Numbered from the stretch's first letter, positions 11,173 to 23,408 are shown. The stretch is DNA of 50,882 bases from Chiloscyllium plagiosum (GCF_004010195.1 NC_057750.1:891115-941996); one strand, 5' to 3'. Numbers and translations are program-made. Notes: generated by a model from the sequence alone, not told the origin.

Positions 11173-12360
11173 TACTTGATGGGTAGTGACTGAACATGTT
11201 TGAAGCAGCTATGCCACGTGGTGTCCAATCAGATGCTGTGAGAGTCTGGGTGTGTTGGACTGCGACAGAATGTTCTTTCTCACCGTCTCCTGTATAGAGT
11301 GATACTCACTGAAACCTGATCAGGTTCACTCTGTCAGTAAGAATTATAAAGGTGACCAACTTCTGCTTAAACATGAGACAAATCTTACTGACAGACAAAT
11401 GTGTAAAGTGCCCTGAAGCTCCCTCTATGATTGCAGTCGACAGAGCGGCCTCTGACTGAGGAAGCTAACTACAGAAACGACGATCAGAAAACCCCCACCA
11501 ATAAATCTGGCTCATCAGAACCCAGCCAAAGTGAAGAAATTACATCAGGATTAAATTACAAATGTTCCTTGAGATACTAAAAATCAACTAAATCAGAAAG
11601 ATTTGGCAGGATTTAGATTCTTTATAGTTTATATTTCATTCATTCTTTAGAAATTTGGCATTTTTAAATATATAGCAGCTGGGAATTGAATCCATTAGCA
11701 CCCAGTGCATGTGCAGGGAGACGGGTCACATTAATATTAAGGTAGCATGGCAGCAGGAAATTAGTTTTTAATTGATCGATGTATGGAATATAATCAACAA
11801 AGTGTTTGTGTCCATAAGCAACAGTAAGCCTTTTGGCTATAGGCACAAAAGTGGAATAATTATTAGCTCCTGAATACATCCTGAATCTCCGAGCAGCAGC
11901 ATCTCTGACATCAGGAGATGAAAGCTGACCTCTGGTTTATGATGAAAAATCAAGGTTACAGTAAAGTCTGTCAGGCAAGCTGGAGGTTACGGCTAGGTAG
12001 TTAAGGTAGTTAGGTAGTTGTTGGAACCGTCCACGATATGCAGCCCCTAGCAATTGGAGTTCAATCTCCAGACTTCTAACTAAATTCACATTTCGCCATC
12101 TTCCATGGTGAGGTGTGAACTGATATCCCCAGAATTTTCACACAGACTCCAGTGACATGGACCCCTCAGCACCATCTGCCCTCGATATGGGACCTACAGA
12201 TTAACCCCAAGGACAGGAATGCTGTTCATCTCTCCATGATCGCACTGAATGGTGAGCAGGCAGGAAGAGCTGAATGGCCTACACTAGCTCCTAGTTCCTC
12301 TGTTTCCATGTTCCCTTCGGATATATCTTGTAGTTTTAGGAAGCTTTGGTGATGGGGAAG

Positions 12361-12432
12361 TTTGAGATGAGCAGTTTGAGATGAGCAGTTTGAGATGAGC
12401 AGTTTGAGATGAGCAGTTTGAGATGAGCAGTT
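12361..12432. repeat. Perfect 14-bp minisatellite (TTTGAGATGAGCAG) x5
   Basis: Five identical contiguous units. Confidence 0.95.
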
Positions 12433-12447
12433 AAAGTAATGCCATGG

Positions 12448-12718
12448 GGGAGCACTGTGACTCAGTGGTTAGCATCGCTGCCTCCCAACGCCAGGGACTG
12501 GGGTTCGATTCCCACCTTGGGTGACTGTTCACGTGGAGTTTGCACATTCTCCCGGTGTCTGCTTGAGTTTCCTCTGCGTGCTCCGGTTTCCTCCCACAGT
12601 CTAAAAATGTGCAGGTTAGGGTGGATTGGTCGAGGGAAATAGTCCATAGTGTCCAGGGATATGTAGGCAAGTTGGGTTAGCCTTGGGGAATGCAGGGACA
12701 GGGTAAGGGGGGGGGGGG
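12448..12718 (+). mobile_element. HE1-type SINE, 3' end lost at a poly-G run
   Basis: A/B boxes and central block; ends in a G run. Confidence 0.85.
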
Positions 12719-12864
12719 ATGAGAGTTTAATCTAGGGCTTGTGATCTTGGGAGCCCCTGAGAGGCAGGGATCCAATATCCAAGTCTGAGGACTCTGCCTG
12801 TAAACTTCTCATGAAAGACTTCCCTCTGGTTTGATCAAGGGACCCCAAACTGAGGGACAGCTTC

Positions 12865-13090
12865 CTCATACAGAGGGTGGTGTGTGTGTGTGTGGAATCA
12901 ACTGCCAAAGGTAGTTGTAGATGCAGGTACAGTTACAACATTTAAAAGATATTTGGACAGGTACATGGATAGGAAAGGTTTAGAGGGATATGGGCCAAAC
13001 ACAGGCAAGTGGGACTACTTCAGTTTGAGAAACCTGGTCAGCATGGATGAGTTGGGCCGAAGAGTCTGTTTCTGTTCTGGATGACTCTGT
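12865..13090 (+). mobile_element. CR1/HER1-type LINE 3' end
   Basis: WNQLPKVVVDAGTVTTFKRYLDRYM motif plus 3' UTR. Confidence 0.85.
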
Positions 13091-13584
13091 GGTCAGAGTG
13101 AGGAAACAGTGTCAGAGTCCAATACAGCACAGAAAATGACCCCTCAACAGATTGAACCTGTGCTAGTCAAAAGCAGCCACCTAACTATTCCAACCCCATT
13201 CCCTAGCACTTGGCCCATAGTGTTGGGTGTCTTGGCATCGCAAATCCTTCAGTCTGAAAAGCATGACCATCCCATCAACAAAGCAGAAGGAATGAAGGCA
13301 GTTTCTCTTGGCTAATGCTAGTAAAAAGCTTATTTTTAGGGCAATTAGGGAAACTGAAATGCCCAGAACAGAATCTGACCATGTCCTGCTCATGACCTGA
13401 GCAATTTGTCAGGCAGGTCTCTCCAGACAGACAAGACTCTTATTTACAGAACATGCAACATGCCTAAGGTAGAGGTCCCATAAACCTGCTGGTAAGATCC
13501 ACACTCACATAGATCTGGAACTAGGAGAACAGGCAGTAGGCATTCCATCCGGTCCACAGTAGATCCTCGTCAGCAGGTGAGATT

Positions 13585-14590
13585 GTCTGAAATGGCAAGA
13601 GTTTGTAAACAGTAGATGTGCGAAGGGACCTGGGTGTCCATGTCCATAACTTACTGAAGACTACCCTGCAGATACAGCAAGCTGTTAGGAAGGCTAATGG
13701 AATGGTAGCCTTTATGAAATGGGAACATGAGGATAGGATCAGCGAAGTCTTGTTTCAATTGGATAAAAGTTTGGTTCAATCACACCTGGGGTACTGTGTA
13801 AAGGTTTGGCTCATTTTCTTTTTGATTTGATTATTACTGTCACATGTACCGCGGTACAGTGAAAATTTTTTGTTGTGTGCAGTACAGGCAGGCCACACCA
13901 TACCAAGTGCATTAAGGTAACAGAACAGAGCAAGGAATGCAATGTTACAGCTGGAGAGGAGATGCACAGAGAGCAAGATCAACATTAGACGTAAAATTTG
14001 AGAGGTCCATTCAGCAGTATAATAACAACGGGAAAGAAGCTGTTCTTGAACCCACTGGTCCGTTTGGTAAAACTTTTGTATCTTCTGCCTGGCGGGAGAG
14101 TTTGGAAGAGATTATAACCAGGGTGGGAGGGGTCTTTGATCATGTTGGCTGCCTTCCTGAGGCAGAGAGAAGTGTAGATGGAGCCAATAGATGGGAGGCT
14201 GGTTTGTGTGATGGACTGGGCTGTATTCGCAACTCTCTGCAGTTTCTTATGGTCCTGGGCAGAGCAGCTGCCATACCACATTGTGATGTATCCAGGTACA
14301 TCTGTAAAAATTAAGAAGAGTCTTTTAGGACATTATTGCCATAGTCAAAGTGCATCAAAGACTCACCAGACTCCTTCATGGGATCAGGGACTGAACTATG
14401 AAGAATGATCAGGAAAACAAGGCACTGGGTAAGAGGTGATCTCATTAATTGATAACTTTTTAATTATCAATATCATAAAGATTCATGGGGTTAGGGTGGG
14501 CAAAAGGAATTGAAGTGTTCGACCAGCCACAAGGGTATTGAATGATGGAACAAGCTCGATGGATCGAATGGCCTATTCCTGTCCTAACTG
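13585..14590 (+). mobile_element. Old CR1 LINE fragment, split by a Rex1-type insertion
   Basis: RRDLGVHVHNLLK...VQSHLGYCVKVW before 13812; CR1 sequence resumes about 14295 (GLNYEE, RGDLI, 3' UTR). Confidence 0.7.
13820..14290 (-). mobile_element. Rex1/Babar-type LINE 3' fragment
   Basis: WYGSCSAQDHKKLQRV...KDPSHPGYNLFQTLPPGRRY...KNSFFP is the Rex1 ORF C-terminal signature; TCAAA-repeat tail. Confidence 0.85.
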
Positions 14591-14831
14591 TGCCCCACCA
14601 ACCCACGCTGGAGGAGGGACAAGGGGTCAGGGTTCATATTTTAAATTGTATCACTGACCACAGTCTCTTGTTGGATCTTGCCGGGTGTGAATTGGGTGCT
14701 GCCTTTATCCACATGACAATAGTTTAAGAACTTCAGAAGCAACATTGGACACAAAGCAGGCTGAAGGCTGAACTAGGACAGTATGCAAATACACATGATT
14801 CTTTCTGCTTGGCATCCCCTAACACCTCTCA

Positions 14832-15086
14832 CAGAATCCCTATAGTGTGGAAGCAGGCCATTCAACCCATTGAGTCCACACCAACCCTCTGAAGAGCAGC
14901 CCACCCGATCCCTGCAGTTCCCATGATAACCCACCTAACCTGTACACTGGAGCACCCGGAGGAAACCCACGCAGACACGGGGAGAATGTGCAAACTCCAC
15001 ACAGACAGTCGCCCGAGGCTGGAATCGAACTCGGATCGCTGGCACTGTGAGGCAGCAGTGCTAACCACTGAGCCACTGTACCACCC
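14832..15086 (-). mobile_element. HE1-type SINE
   Basis: Reverse-strand A/B boxes and tail. Confidence 0.9.
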
Positions 15087-16637
15087 CATTTGCTGCCATA
15101 TATAAGCTATATGTTGTATGTATACACACACACATACGCAGACACATACATATATATGTGGAACCATGAGAGAGCTCTTCCATCTATGGAGGGAGCTCTG
15201 GTGTTGACAAGCCCAATGTTCAAATAGGCAGTAGACTGGGTCCTGGTCATGTTGCTGATATTAGCTTTTCGCTCCCAATAGTGTCGGGTATTTGGAGCTG
15301 CCTTCACTAACCTCCCCTCCTTCTGAGATTGACAGTGGTTTATTTACAATTGTTCCAGCAAATTCTTTTCACGTACTGAGGGCTTTTCCTCTGCCTTAGT
15401 GCAGTTTCATGCATTGCTTAGATTTCTGAAGCTCTGCACCACGTTCCAGATACCTTCCTCTTGATCTGATACCCAGCACCTTGACCTCCAGAAAGGAGCA
15501 ATAACATTGCAAGATTACCAGCTTGTATACCTCCTTAAAGACTCAAGCATCCTCGGTTGGACAATTCCTTTATCATCCATGGATCAAATTTTCGCTACTC
15601 ATTACTTAACCCTCCACCGAAGGTTACACGGCTTTTCTGGAAAATATATTAATGTTTTTCTCTGGTGAAGCTCGGGATATGTGCCAAATACTGGCCCAGC
15701 CATAAATATCCCCAAATAAATAAAACACAAAATGTAATAGTTTCACAGTCCGCCCACAGTCCTTCCTGAAACACTCTGAGCTCTGTTTCTGCACCTGACT
15801 CCCTGCAGGAGTCTGAAGTTATTGTGTTTCATTATTGGAGATCAACATTCTGGAGAAAACAGGCTTTTAATAAGTTGCAGGTCAAAATGGGGTCACATTT
15901 GAGTTTCTATTGACCTGAGCAGTAAAGGAAAACAAATTAGCATTCAGCAGACAGCACTCACAAGCACCAGCAATAAGAAAGCAGTGTGAAGATTATTAAG
16001 AATGAAGATGCTTTTCACTCCGCACCCTAATCCCAACAACGGGTTGATAATTCAAATTCCTTCTGCCCAATGTGGGTTTATTAAAGGTGTCAGATTCCAA
16101 CCAAACCCAATCAGTCAATGCATAGATTGATGTGTTCTGAAGTAAGATCAAGATTAAAAGTGCAGAGAGTGGAATAATCTGAATGTCCTACATTTTATTC
16201 CTTGCCAATCTTTTACAATAATGGCAGCATAGTGATTTGAAGCATTGTAGCAGCAGCAATAGCTACAGGACACAATTATATATAGGGTGAAGAATTTGTA
16301 CATGGACTGCATTTATTCTTTATAATCTTTCAAGTGCTACGTTACCTAGTGCCTGTAAAAGTTTTTGGGATGCACAATCAAAAGAATGGAATTCATTGAA
16401 GGATATTAAACTGAAGGTGTCAAATACATTTCTACAGTTAAATTCAAAGTATCACAGACAGTTCATTGCAGAAGGGAGGAAGGTACAAATACTGGGGCAG
16501 ATGTAAAGGATTGCAAATGCGTGGGCATAAACCGAGAGCAAGGGGTTAAGATAGATCAGAGAGAAGACTAACTAAATTACACCCACATCTTCATAACAAT
16601 ATAAACAGCCAGAATGATTTTATTACCAAACCCTAGT

Positions 16638-17285
16638 TAGAGTCATGGAGTCACAGAGCTGTACAGCACGGAAACAGACCCTTCAGTCCAACTCGTCCAT
16701 GCTTACCCAGCTATCCGAAATTAATCTAGTCCTATTTACCAGCACTTGGCCCATATCCCTCCAAATCCTTCCTATTCATTTACCCATCCAGATGCCTCTA
16801 AATATTGCAATTGTACCAGCCTCCACCACTCCCTCTGGAAGCTCATTCCATACACGTACCACCCTCGGTGTGAAAAAGTTGCCCCTTAGGTCTCTTTTAA
16901 ATCTTTCCCCCCTCACCCTAAACCTATGCCCCTCTAGTTATGGACTCCCCCACCCAAGGGAAAATACCTTGTCTATTTACCCTATCCATGCTCCTCATGA
17001 TTTTACAAATCTCTATGAGGTCACCCCTCAGCCTCTGACGTTCCAGGGAAAACAGCCCCAGCCTATTCAGCCTCTCCCTGTAGCTCAAATCCTCCAACCC
17101 TGGCAGCATCCTTATCAATCTTTTCTGAACCTTTTCAAGTTTCACAACATACTCCATATAACAGGAAGACCAGAATTGCACTCAGTATTCCAATAGTGGC
17201 TGAACCATTGTCCTGTAGAGCTGCAACATGACCTCCCAACTCCTTTACTCAATGCACTGATCAATAAAGGTAAGTGGACCAAACT
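16638..17285 (-). mobile_element. CR1/HER1-type LINE 3' fragment
   Basis: LEKVQKRLIRMLPGLEDLSYRERLNRLGLFSLERQRLRGDLIE; GACTCCATGACTCTA tail. Confidence 0.9.
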
Positions 17286-17343
17286 CAATCAAGGTTTGCA
17301 TAGCTGTCTGTCTGGCTTGATCCAATTCCCAGCACACTGTTCC

Positions 17344-17736
17344 TAGAAACCCTACAGTGTGGAAACAAGCCATTTGGCCCAACAAGTCCACACCAATCCT
17401 CCATACATTAGCCCACTCAGACCCATTACCCCTACACTATTGCTCTACATTTGCCCCTGACCAATGCACCTAACCTACACATCCCTGGACAGCATGGCCA
17501 ATTCACCCTGACCTGCACATCTCTGGATCATGGGAGGAAACCGGAACACCTGGAGGAAACCCACGCTGACACGGGGAGAATGTGCAAACTCCACACAGAC
17601 ACAGGGAGAATGTGCAAACTTCACACAGACACAGGGAGAATGTGCAAACTCCATACAGACAGTCACCCAAGGCTGGAATCGAACCCAGGTCCCTGACTCT
17701 GGGAGGCAGCAGTGTTAACCACTGAGCCACCATGCC
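17344..17736 (-). mobile_element. HE1-type SINE with internal 30-bp triplication
   Basis: Units at 17571-17600, 17601-17630 and 17631-17660. Confidence 0.9.
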
Positions 17737-17827
17737 AGTCCTGGTGGCTAGTTTCCCAGCATGCCATTCAATTGGCCAATATTGCTTTCAAAAGAGCTGT
17801 TATTTCATTTAGAAGGAATATTCCACT

Positions 17828-18062
17828 ACCTGCAAAGCCACTCCCCATCCTGACTTGGAAATATATCGCCGTTCCTTCAGTGTCGCTGGGTCAGAATCCT
17901 GGAATTCCCTCCCTAAGGGCATTGTGGGTCAACTCACAGCACATGGGCTGCAGCGGTTCAAGATGGCAACTTACCCCCATCTTCTCAAGGGGGCAACCAG
18001 AGACAGGCAATAAATGCTGGACCCAGCCAGTGACACCCATATCCTGGGAAGGAGTAATAAAA
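17828..18062 (+). mobile_element. LINE 3' end (CR1 clade) that donates the tail of the second SINE family
   Basis: ILTWKYIAVPSVSLGQNPGIP region; tail GGCAATAAATGCTGGACCCAGCCAGTGACACCCATATCC. Confidence 0.75.
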
Positions 18063-18431
18063 GCAATGTCCAGTACCACTGTGAGTTTTCTCATATACAA
18101 ACCTGAGATTTGTGTACCCAATGCAGTGTGTGAAGAAAATACAGGGCTCTTTATATGTCCCATGGTGTACATTGCAAGATAGGAGGAGGACTGAAGAGGG
18201 GAGGCATTCTGAAAAGCAGGAGGTTTCTATCTTTGAACCAAGTGGGTTTTTATTGCTATATTTGAGCAGCTGCGCTACCAGCAGGAAGTGCTGTACTATG
18301 AAGATACTGCCCACATCACCACCATTTGCAGAGCCAGCTGATCCTAAATATCAAGGTTGGCTGAGGGACTGTGGATGGGCCTGAGATTTCACGCAATGTC
18401 CAAATTCCAGCATGCTCTGGAATGAAATTAC

Positions 18432-18664
18432 GCGACTGTCTGTGTGGAGTTTGTACATTCTCCCAGTGTCTGTGTGGGTTTCCTCCGGGTGCTCTGGTTT
18501 CCTCCCACAGTCCAAAGATGTGTAGGTTAGGGTGGATTGGCCATGCTAAATTGCCCATAGTGTTAAGTGCATTAGTCAGAGCAGGGTGGGTCTGGGTGGG
18601 TTATTCTTCGGAGGGCTGGTTGGGCCAAAGGGCCTGTTTCCACACTGTAGGGAATCGAATCTAA
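18432..18664 (+). mobile_element. HE1-type SINE, 5'-truncated
   Basis: Starts at GCGACTGTCTGTGTGGAG; lacks A/B boxes; intact tail. Confidence 0.85.
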
Positions 18665-18742
18665 CCAGGCCTGTGTAAAGATTGAGGAATTTCAAATGCA
18701 GGAGAGCTACACCCAAAGACAATTGTTTTGATGTTTCTTTGA

Positions 18743-18852
18743 TTCTGGATTAGTGGTGCTGGAAGAGCACAGCAGTTCAGGCAGCATCCAAGGAGCAGCG
18801 AAATAGACGTTTCGGGCAAAAGCCCTTCCCCTCACATCATCGCTGATGCCAC
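18743..18852 (-). mobile_element. Family A PLE insert, truncated inside the HHR core
   Basis: GACGTTTCGGGCAAAAGCCCTTC followed by about 24 nt of foreign sequence; 15-bp TSD TTGATGTTTCTTTGA (18728-18742 and 18853-18867). Confidence 0.85.
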
Positions 18853-18958
18853 TTGATGTTTCTTTGAGTTCAGTTTAAGATTCAACTTGCCCAAATCAAA
18901 CCTGACCTCAGAGTTGTCAACATTCTCTGTTACATTCTTCCTCTACAATAATGTACCA

Positions 18959-19011
18959 GTCACACACAAGGGTTGGTGAAAGGGTTGGTCACACACAAGG
19001 GTTGGTGAAAG
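18959..19011. repeat. Short tandem duplication (period 29 bp)
   Basis: GTCACACACAAGGGTTGGTGAAAG at 18959-18982 and 18988-19011. Confidence 0.85.
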
Positions 19012-19499
19012 AACTCTGTGGGTTTTTTGCTTGAAGATGAGTTCAGACATAGGTCATGGTTTTGTTCGTGAAAATGTACTCCTGTATTAGTAGACACCAT
19101 GTTTTGCAACTTTTCATATCGAAGAATGTTTTAATATCTTAAGAAATTGACTGTTGTACATCAATGAAATTAATAAATGGTTCAGTATAATTTCTTTTGA
19201 AGTTGTTGTCACTGATTTTTAATCAGGTTCCTCACAGGCTGAGCACTCCACACTCTGATAAAAGTGTTTACATTGGATGATAACCCAATTTCAACCACTC
19301 GAATCAATCATTTTTAGTGGAAAGGCAAAATAATTAAATATTTGCATTCCATTATGCCAATTGATCAGTCAATGGAGATTTTTGATTCCCCATAACCATT
19401 GAATTGCTTGGCAACGTAACAAAATCACAATCACGGAGTTTTACAACACAGCCCATCATACTCTTCAAATGAGCATCTTAACTAAGTGCCAATCACCTG

Positions 19500-19930
19500 T
19501 TACTGGGACTGGAGGGTTTAAGTTATGAGGAGGGGCTGGATAAGCTGGGACTTTTTTCATTGAGTTGTGGGTGGTTGAGGGTGACCTTATACAGGTCAAT
19601 AAAATTATGAGGGTTCGAGATAAGCTGGATTACAAAGCTCTTTGCCCTTGGGGAGACTAGAACCAGAGGGCATAGTTTTAAGGTGAGAGGAGAAAGATTT
19701 AAAAAGGACTTGAGGGATAATATTTACACACAGTTTGGAAAGAACTGTCAGAGGAAGTGGTAGATGCAGGTACAGTTACAATGTTTAAAACCATATGGAC
19801 AAGGACATGAATATGTAAGGGGCAGAAGGAAATGGGTAAAGCCAATGGAAACACTCTAGTTTGGGAATGTGGCTCACTTCGATGAGTTGGGCTGAAGGGT
19901 CTGTTTTCGTGCTGTATGACACTGTGGCTC
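19500..19930 (+). mobile_element. CR1/HER1-type LINE 3' end
   Basis: GLEGLSYEEGLDKLGLFS and RTRGHSFKVRGGK motifs; 3' UTR. Confidence 0.85.
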
Positions 19931-20013
19931 CTGCTTTCACTTCATCCCTGAAACTCTGCCCTTAAATATCGTTGGGAAATTTGTAGTTGTTTCCCAATGG
20001 AATTTCAAAGGTG

Positions 20014-20250
20014 AAATTAAAACAGAAATTGTGGGAAAACTCAACAGGTCTGGCAGCATCTGTGAAAAGAAATCAGAGCAATGTTCCAGATCTGGTGATG
20101 CTTCCTCAGAACTCAGTTCTGAGGAAGGGTCATTCGGCCGGAAACATTAATGCTGATTTCTCTCCATAGACACTGCCAGACCTGCAGAGTTTTCCCAGCA
20201 ATTTCTGTTTTTGTTTCTGATTTACAGCATCCGCAGTTCTTTCGGTTTTT
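20014..20250. mobile_element. Family B fold-back PLE insert with back-to-back HHR cores
   Basis: Perfect central hairpin CTTCCTCAGAACT-C-AGTTCTGAGGAAG (20101-20127); arms of about 100 bp; plus-strand CTGAGGA (20119-20125)...GAAAC (20141-20145). Confidence 0.8.
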
Positions 20251-21085
20251 CAGATGTGGGCTGTCTACAATTTCTAGAAGGATTCCAAAGCCAGCAGCAA
20301 TGGAAAGGGGCAATGAGGGGTTGGGGCTGGGGTGATGATTGTGCTGTCGTTAAGTTTGGTTTCTTTCAATTTAAACAGCAAGCAGTGAAGATGTTAAGAG
20401 AGGCATTAGCAAGAGGATTACAGAGTCTGACAGTGAGTGGGAGTTGAATTAACACTTGAAGTCGAAACTTCTCAGCTGGAACATTCAGAGGTTAAAGACG
20501 TCATCTTGGCTGATGTTTGGATGCAGTTATTTATTGGGAAAATGCTTCACTGCACATTGCAATGTTTCTCTCACACAAAGAGGAGCAAAGTAAAATCCTG
20601 GCTGCACACAGTTTCACAAACTGACAGTAAGAGGAAGCTGCAATTAACTCCTTGTTGTTTCCAAAATTAATAAAAATAAACTTTTGACTCAAGCTTCTTT
20701 CTTTTCTCCTTTGACATGTTGACAAGGCGCTTTGGTAAACATGCCCACCTTACCAAATCCAACAGTAGCCAGGCACCGCAGAGGCCCTGGCTCTGCTCCA
20801 GGTGTGCTATCCCAAATAGTGAGGGCAGTGCACCTCACTCTGGTTGAGGAGCACAGTCTGGCCAACCTGGAAGGAATGAGGTCAGCAGCAGTATTTCAAA
20901 TCTGGACCAAGAGGGATCATTTATTTACTTTGGGGAGTCATTGAGAAAGTTCAACCCAACTCGGGAGAATTAATCTGATGAAAGAAATGTGATAAATTAA
21001 TCCAAGAAATCTGGCAGAGAATACCGTCTACACCAACAAAGGACCGAACACAGTGAGGCCCAGCAATATTATGTTGACCTTACAT

Positions 21086-21266
21086 CAGTGCGGCACTCCC
21101 TCAGCACCGATCCTCCGACAGTGCGGCACTCCCTCAGCACCGATCCTCCGACAGTGCGGCACTCCCTCAGCACTGACCCTCCAACAGTGCAGCACTCCCT
21201 CAGCACTGACCCTCTGACAGTGTGGCTCTACCTCAGCACTGACCCTCCCACAGTGCGGCACTCCCT
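21086..21266. repeat. 33-bp minisatellite (CAGTGCGGCACTCCCTCAGCACCGATCCTCCGA) x about 5.5
   Basis: Contiguous units from 21086; the unit resembles the Deu-SINE-like relic segment at about 47241-47260. Confidence 0.9.
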
Positions 21267-21866
21267 AAATCTGGAGGTTGAAAGTTTCACCTTCCTTTGT
21301 TCTGGAATGGGATTGAAGCCTGTGACCGAACTAAGAGTGTTTTCCTGAGACTTTGCACTCAGGGAGACAGATCTAATACTGGGAATGTACTGATTGATCT
21401 GACCTGAACGAAGTGGCCTAATATTCTTGGATGAAATGATTGTGTCGAATCTTCTCTCTGTTTCTAACTGTGGTTGATAAAAGCTCCCTCATCAGTCTTA
21501 ATAAATGGCATTCCACCTTATTACAGAACAGGATGATTGTTAGATCCTGTCAGTCAGAGAGCTGCATTACAAACTGAAAGTGACGCGTTAGAAACCAGCG
21601 TGCGACACTGATAGAAAATGTAAGTCTCCAAAGTGAACCTGGGCACAGAGGTGACAATGTTCTCTATCAGTCCTGTCCACGGAGTGCATCACAGTTAACA
21701 CATGAGAAAGATGAAGAGTGAAAGTTTGAGCTCACCAGGGTGAGGAACAAATTACTTCCTGCAAAAGGCAGCATTTCCAGCAATCAGGTTCTACCACAAG
21801 AAACAGAATTAGGAGCTTTCCCTGCACCAGTGTCAGGTGCACACCTGACTGGGTCAGTGTGAACTT

Positions 21867-22177
21867 ATCATAGAATCCTTACAGTGTCGAACACACCATT
21901 CGGTCCATTGACACCACATCACCCTCTGAAGAGCATTCCACACAGACCAACCCCCATCCCTGCATTTCCCATGAACAACCCACCTAAACTGCACACTACG
22001 GGCAATTTCCCATGGCTAATCCACCCTAACCTGCAGATCTTTGACTGTGGGAAAAAGCTGGAGGAAACCCACGCAGACACGGGCAGAATGTGCAAACTCC
22101 ACACAGACAGTCACCCGAGGCTGGAATTGAACCCGGGTCCCTGGTGCTGAGAGGCAACATTGCTAACCACTGGGCCA
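21867..22177 (-). mobile_element. HE1-type SINE
   Basis: Reverse-strand tail ATCATAGAATCC.TACAGTG and A/B boxes. Confidence 0.9.
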
Positions 22178-22489
22178 TCTTCCTTCCCTGTATGCTGATA
22201 AGTCTTACCCATCCTGTGGGTGCTCAGTATTATTTGTTTTGTTGCGTTCCTGCCAATTTCCAATTGTTCCACAAACGTCAGTTTGTATAGCGTCCACGAG
22301 GCGATTCAAGGCACTGGGGATCTGACAATCTCTGAATACCCTTTACCACAAACTCGCAAATTACCATTTCTGTTTGGGATTCTCACCAGATTAGCCCTGG
22401 TGCTTGCTTGAGCCTCATTTAAATTGGCAGCAAAGCAATGGGGTAGGGACATTCCTTTACATTTCAGAGCAGCAGTCTGACACACATAA

Positions 22490-22595
22490 ACCAAAATACT
22501 GCAGGTACAGGAGATCTGAAATTAAAACAGGATCCTAGAGAAACTCAGCAGGCAAGTGGTCAGAGGAACCGAGTTAATGTTTCGAGTCCTTCAAA
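22490..22595 (-). mobile_element. Family B PLE insert (diverged)
   Basis: AAAATACTGCAGGT..GGAGATCTGAAAT...GAGTTAATGTTTCGAGTCC. Confidence 0.6.
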
Positions 22596-23210
22596 ACCAT
22601 GTGCTACTGATTGACTGGTGAGTCCTCAGGAGAGAGTTCGGGACACATCTGGTGGAATGGAACCTGTTGTTCTTTTCCGATGGAATTTGGCTGTAACTGG
22701 TGCAGAGGTCCCACCCACCGAAAGCTGCCAGCCAATCAGTGACCAGCAGCCCTACAGGCTGGCTGATGTATGGCACTCCCTCAAGGCTTTGGGATCACCT
22801 GCCGCTGGACCCCAGACCAGAGGGGAGTGGTAGCGAGATGGGATCACATGATGCTGCAGCTCGGGGTCAGCTGTAAGGGTGAGGGGGTTAGCTCCCACAG
22901 GTTTGGGACCGGGCACTTTATGAACTGGGGTCTTCTCCCCTTACCCCACGTGCAATCCCAGGAGAGGTATCTGTGCACCATTCCCTGCATTGGCATCTCC
23001 CTCTGCCCAATGTTGGGTTAGTGCCAGCAACAGTATTGAGATGACTTCTTTAAGTAGGCTATAACTGTTGCCTTAAAGACCTCAATAGGTAACTGGGCCT
23101 TATCACCACCTGCTATCCCCTACCAGCTTATAGGCTCCTCCACCAAACCCACTATCACCCTGAGCGGAAGATTGTACCCATTAATATCAATTTTCTCTAT
23201 CCACAGGTGC

Positions 23211-23408
23211 TCACACAACACCAGGTTATAGTCCAATGGGTTTATTTGGAAGCATTAGCTTTCAGAGCACTGCCCTTCTCTCACTAGCACCAGTTGAACG
23301 CAGTACTCTGAAAGTTAGCGTTGTCAAATAAACTAGTTGGTTATGTCCTGGTGTCATGTAATTTTTGACCTTGTCCACCCCAGTCCAACACAGGCACAAT
23401 CACATCAT
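23211..23408. mobile_element. Family C fold-back PLE insert
   Basis: TCACACAACACCAGGTTATAGTCCAA...AGCTTTCAGAGCACTGC mirrored by GCAGTACTCTGAAAGTTAG...CCTGGTGTCATGTAA. Confidence 0.7.

Noticed and set aside
12361..12432. CRISPR-like or telomere-like array
   Set aside because: No spacers and not TTAGGG; a simple minisatellite.
16645..17196. 183-aa plus-strand ORF
   Set aside because: Antisense shadow of a minus-strand CR1 3' end; the same shadow recurs at 42059-42537.
21086..21266. CRISPR-like array or repeat protein (RHSLSTDPPTV)n
   Set aside because: Contiguous tandem units without unique spacers, no cas genes, vertebrate context; the ORF is a by-product of a 33-bp period.
22640..23180. 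Possible old GC-rich MITE-like element
   Set aside because: Composition is suggestive, but I could not define termini, a TSD or a second copy in the window.
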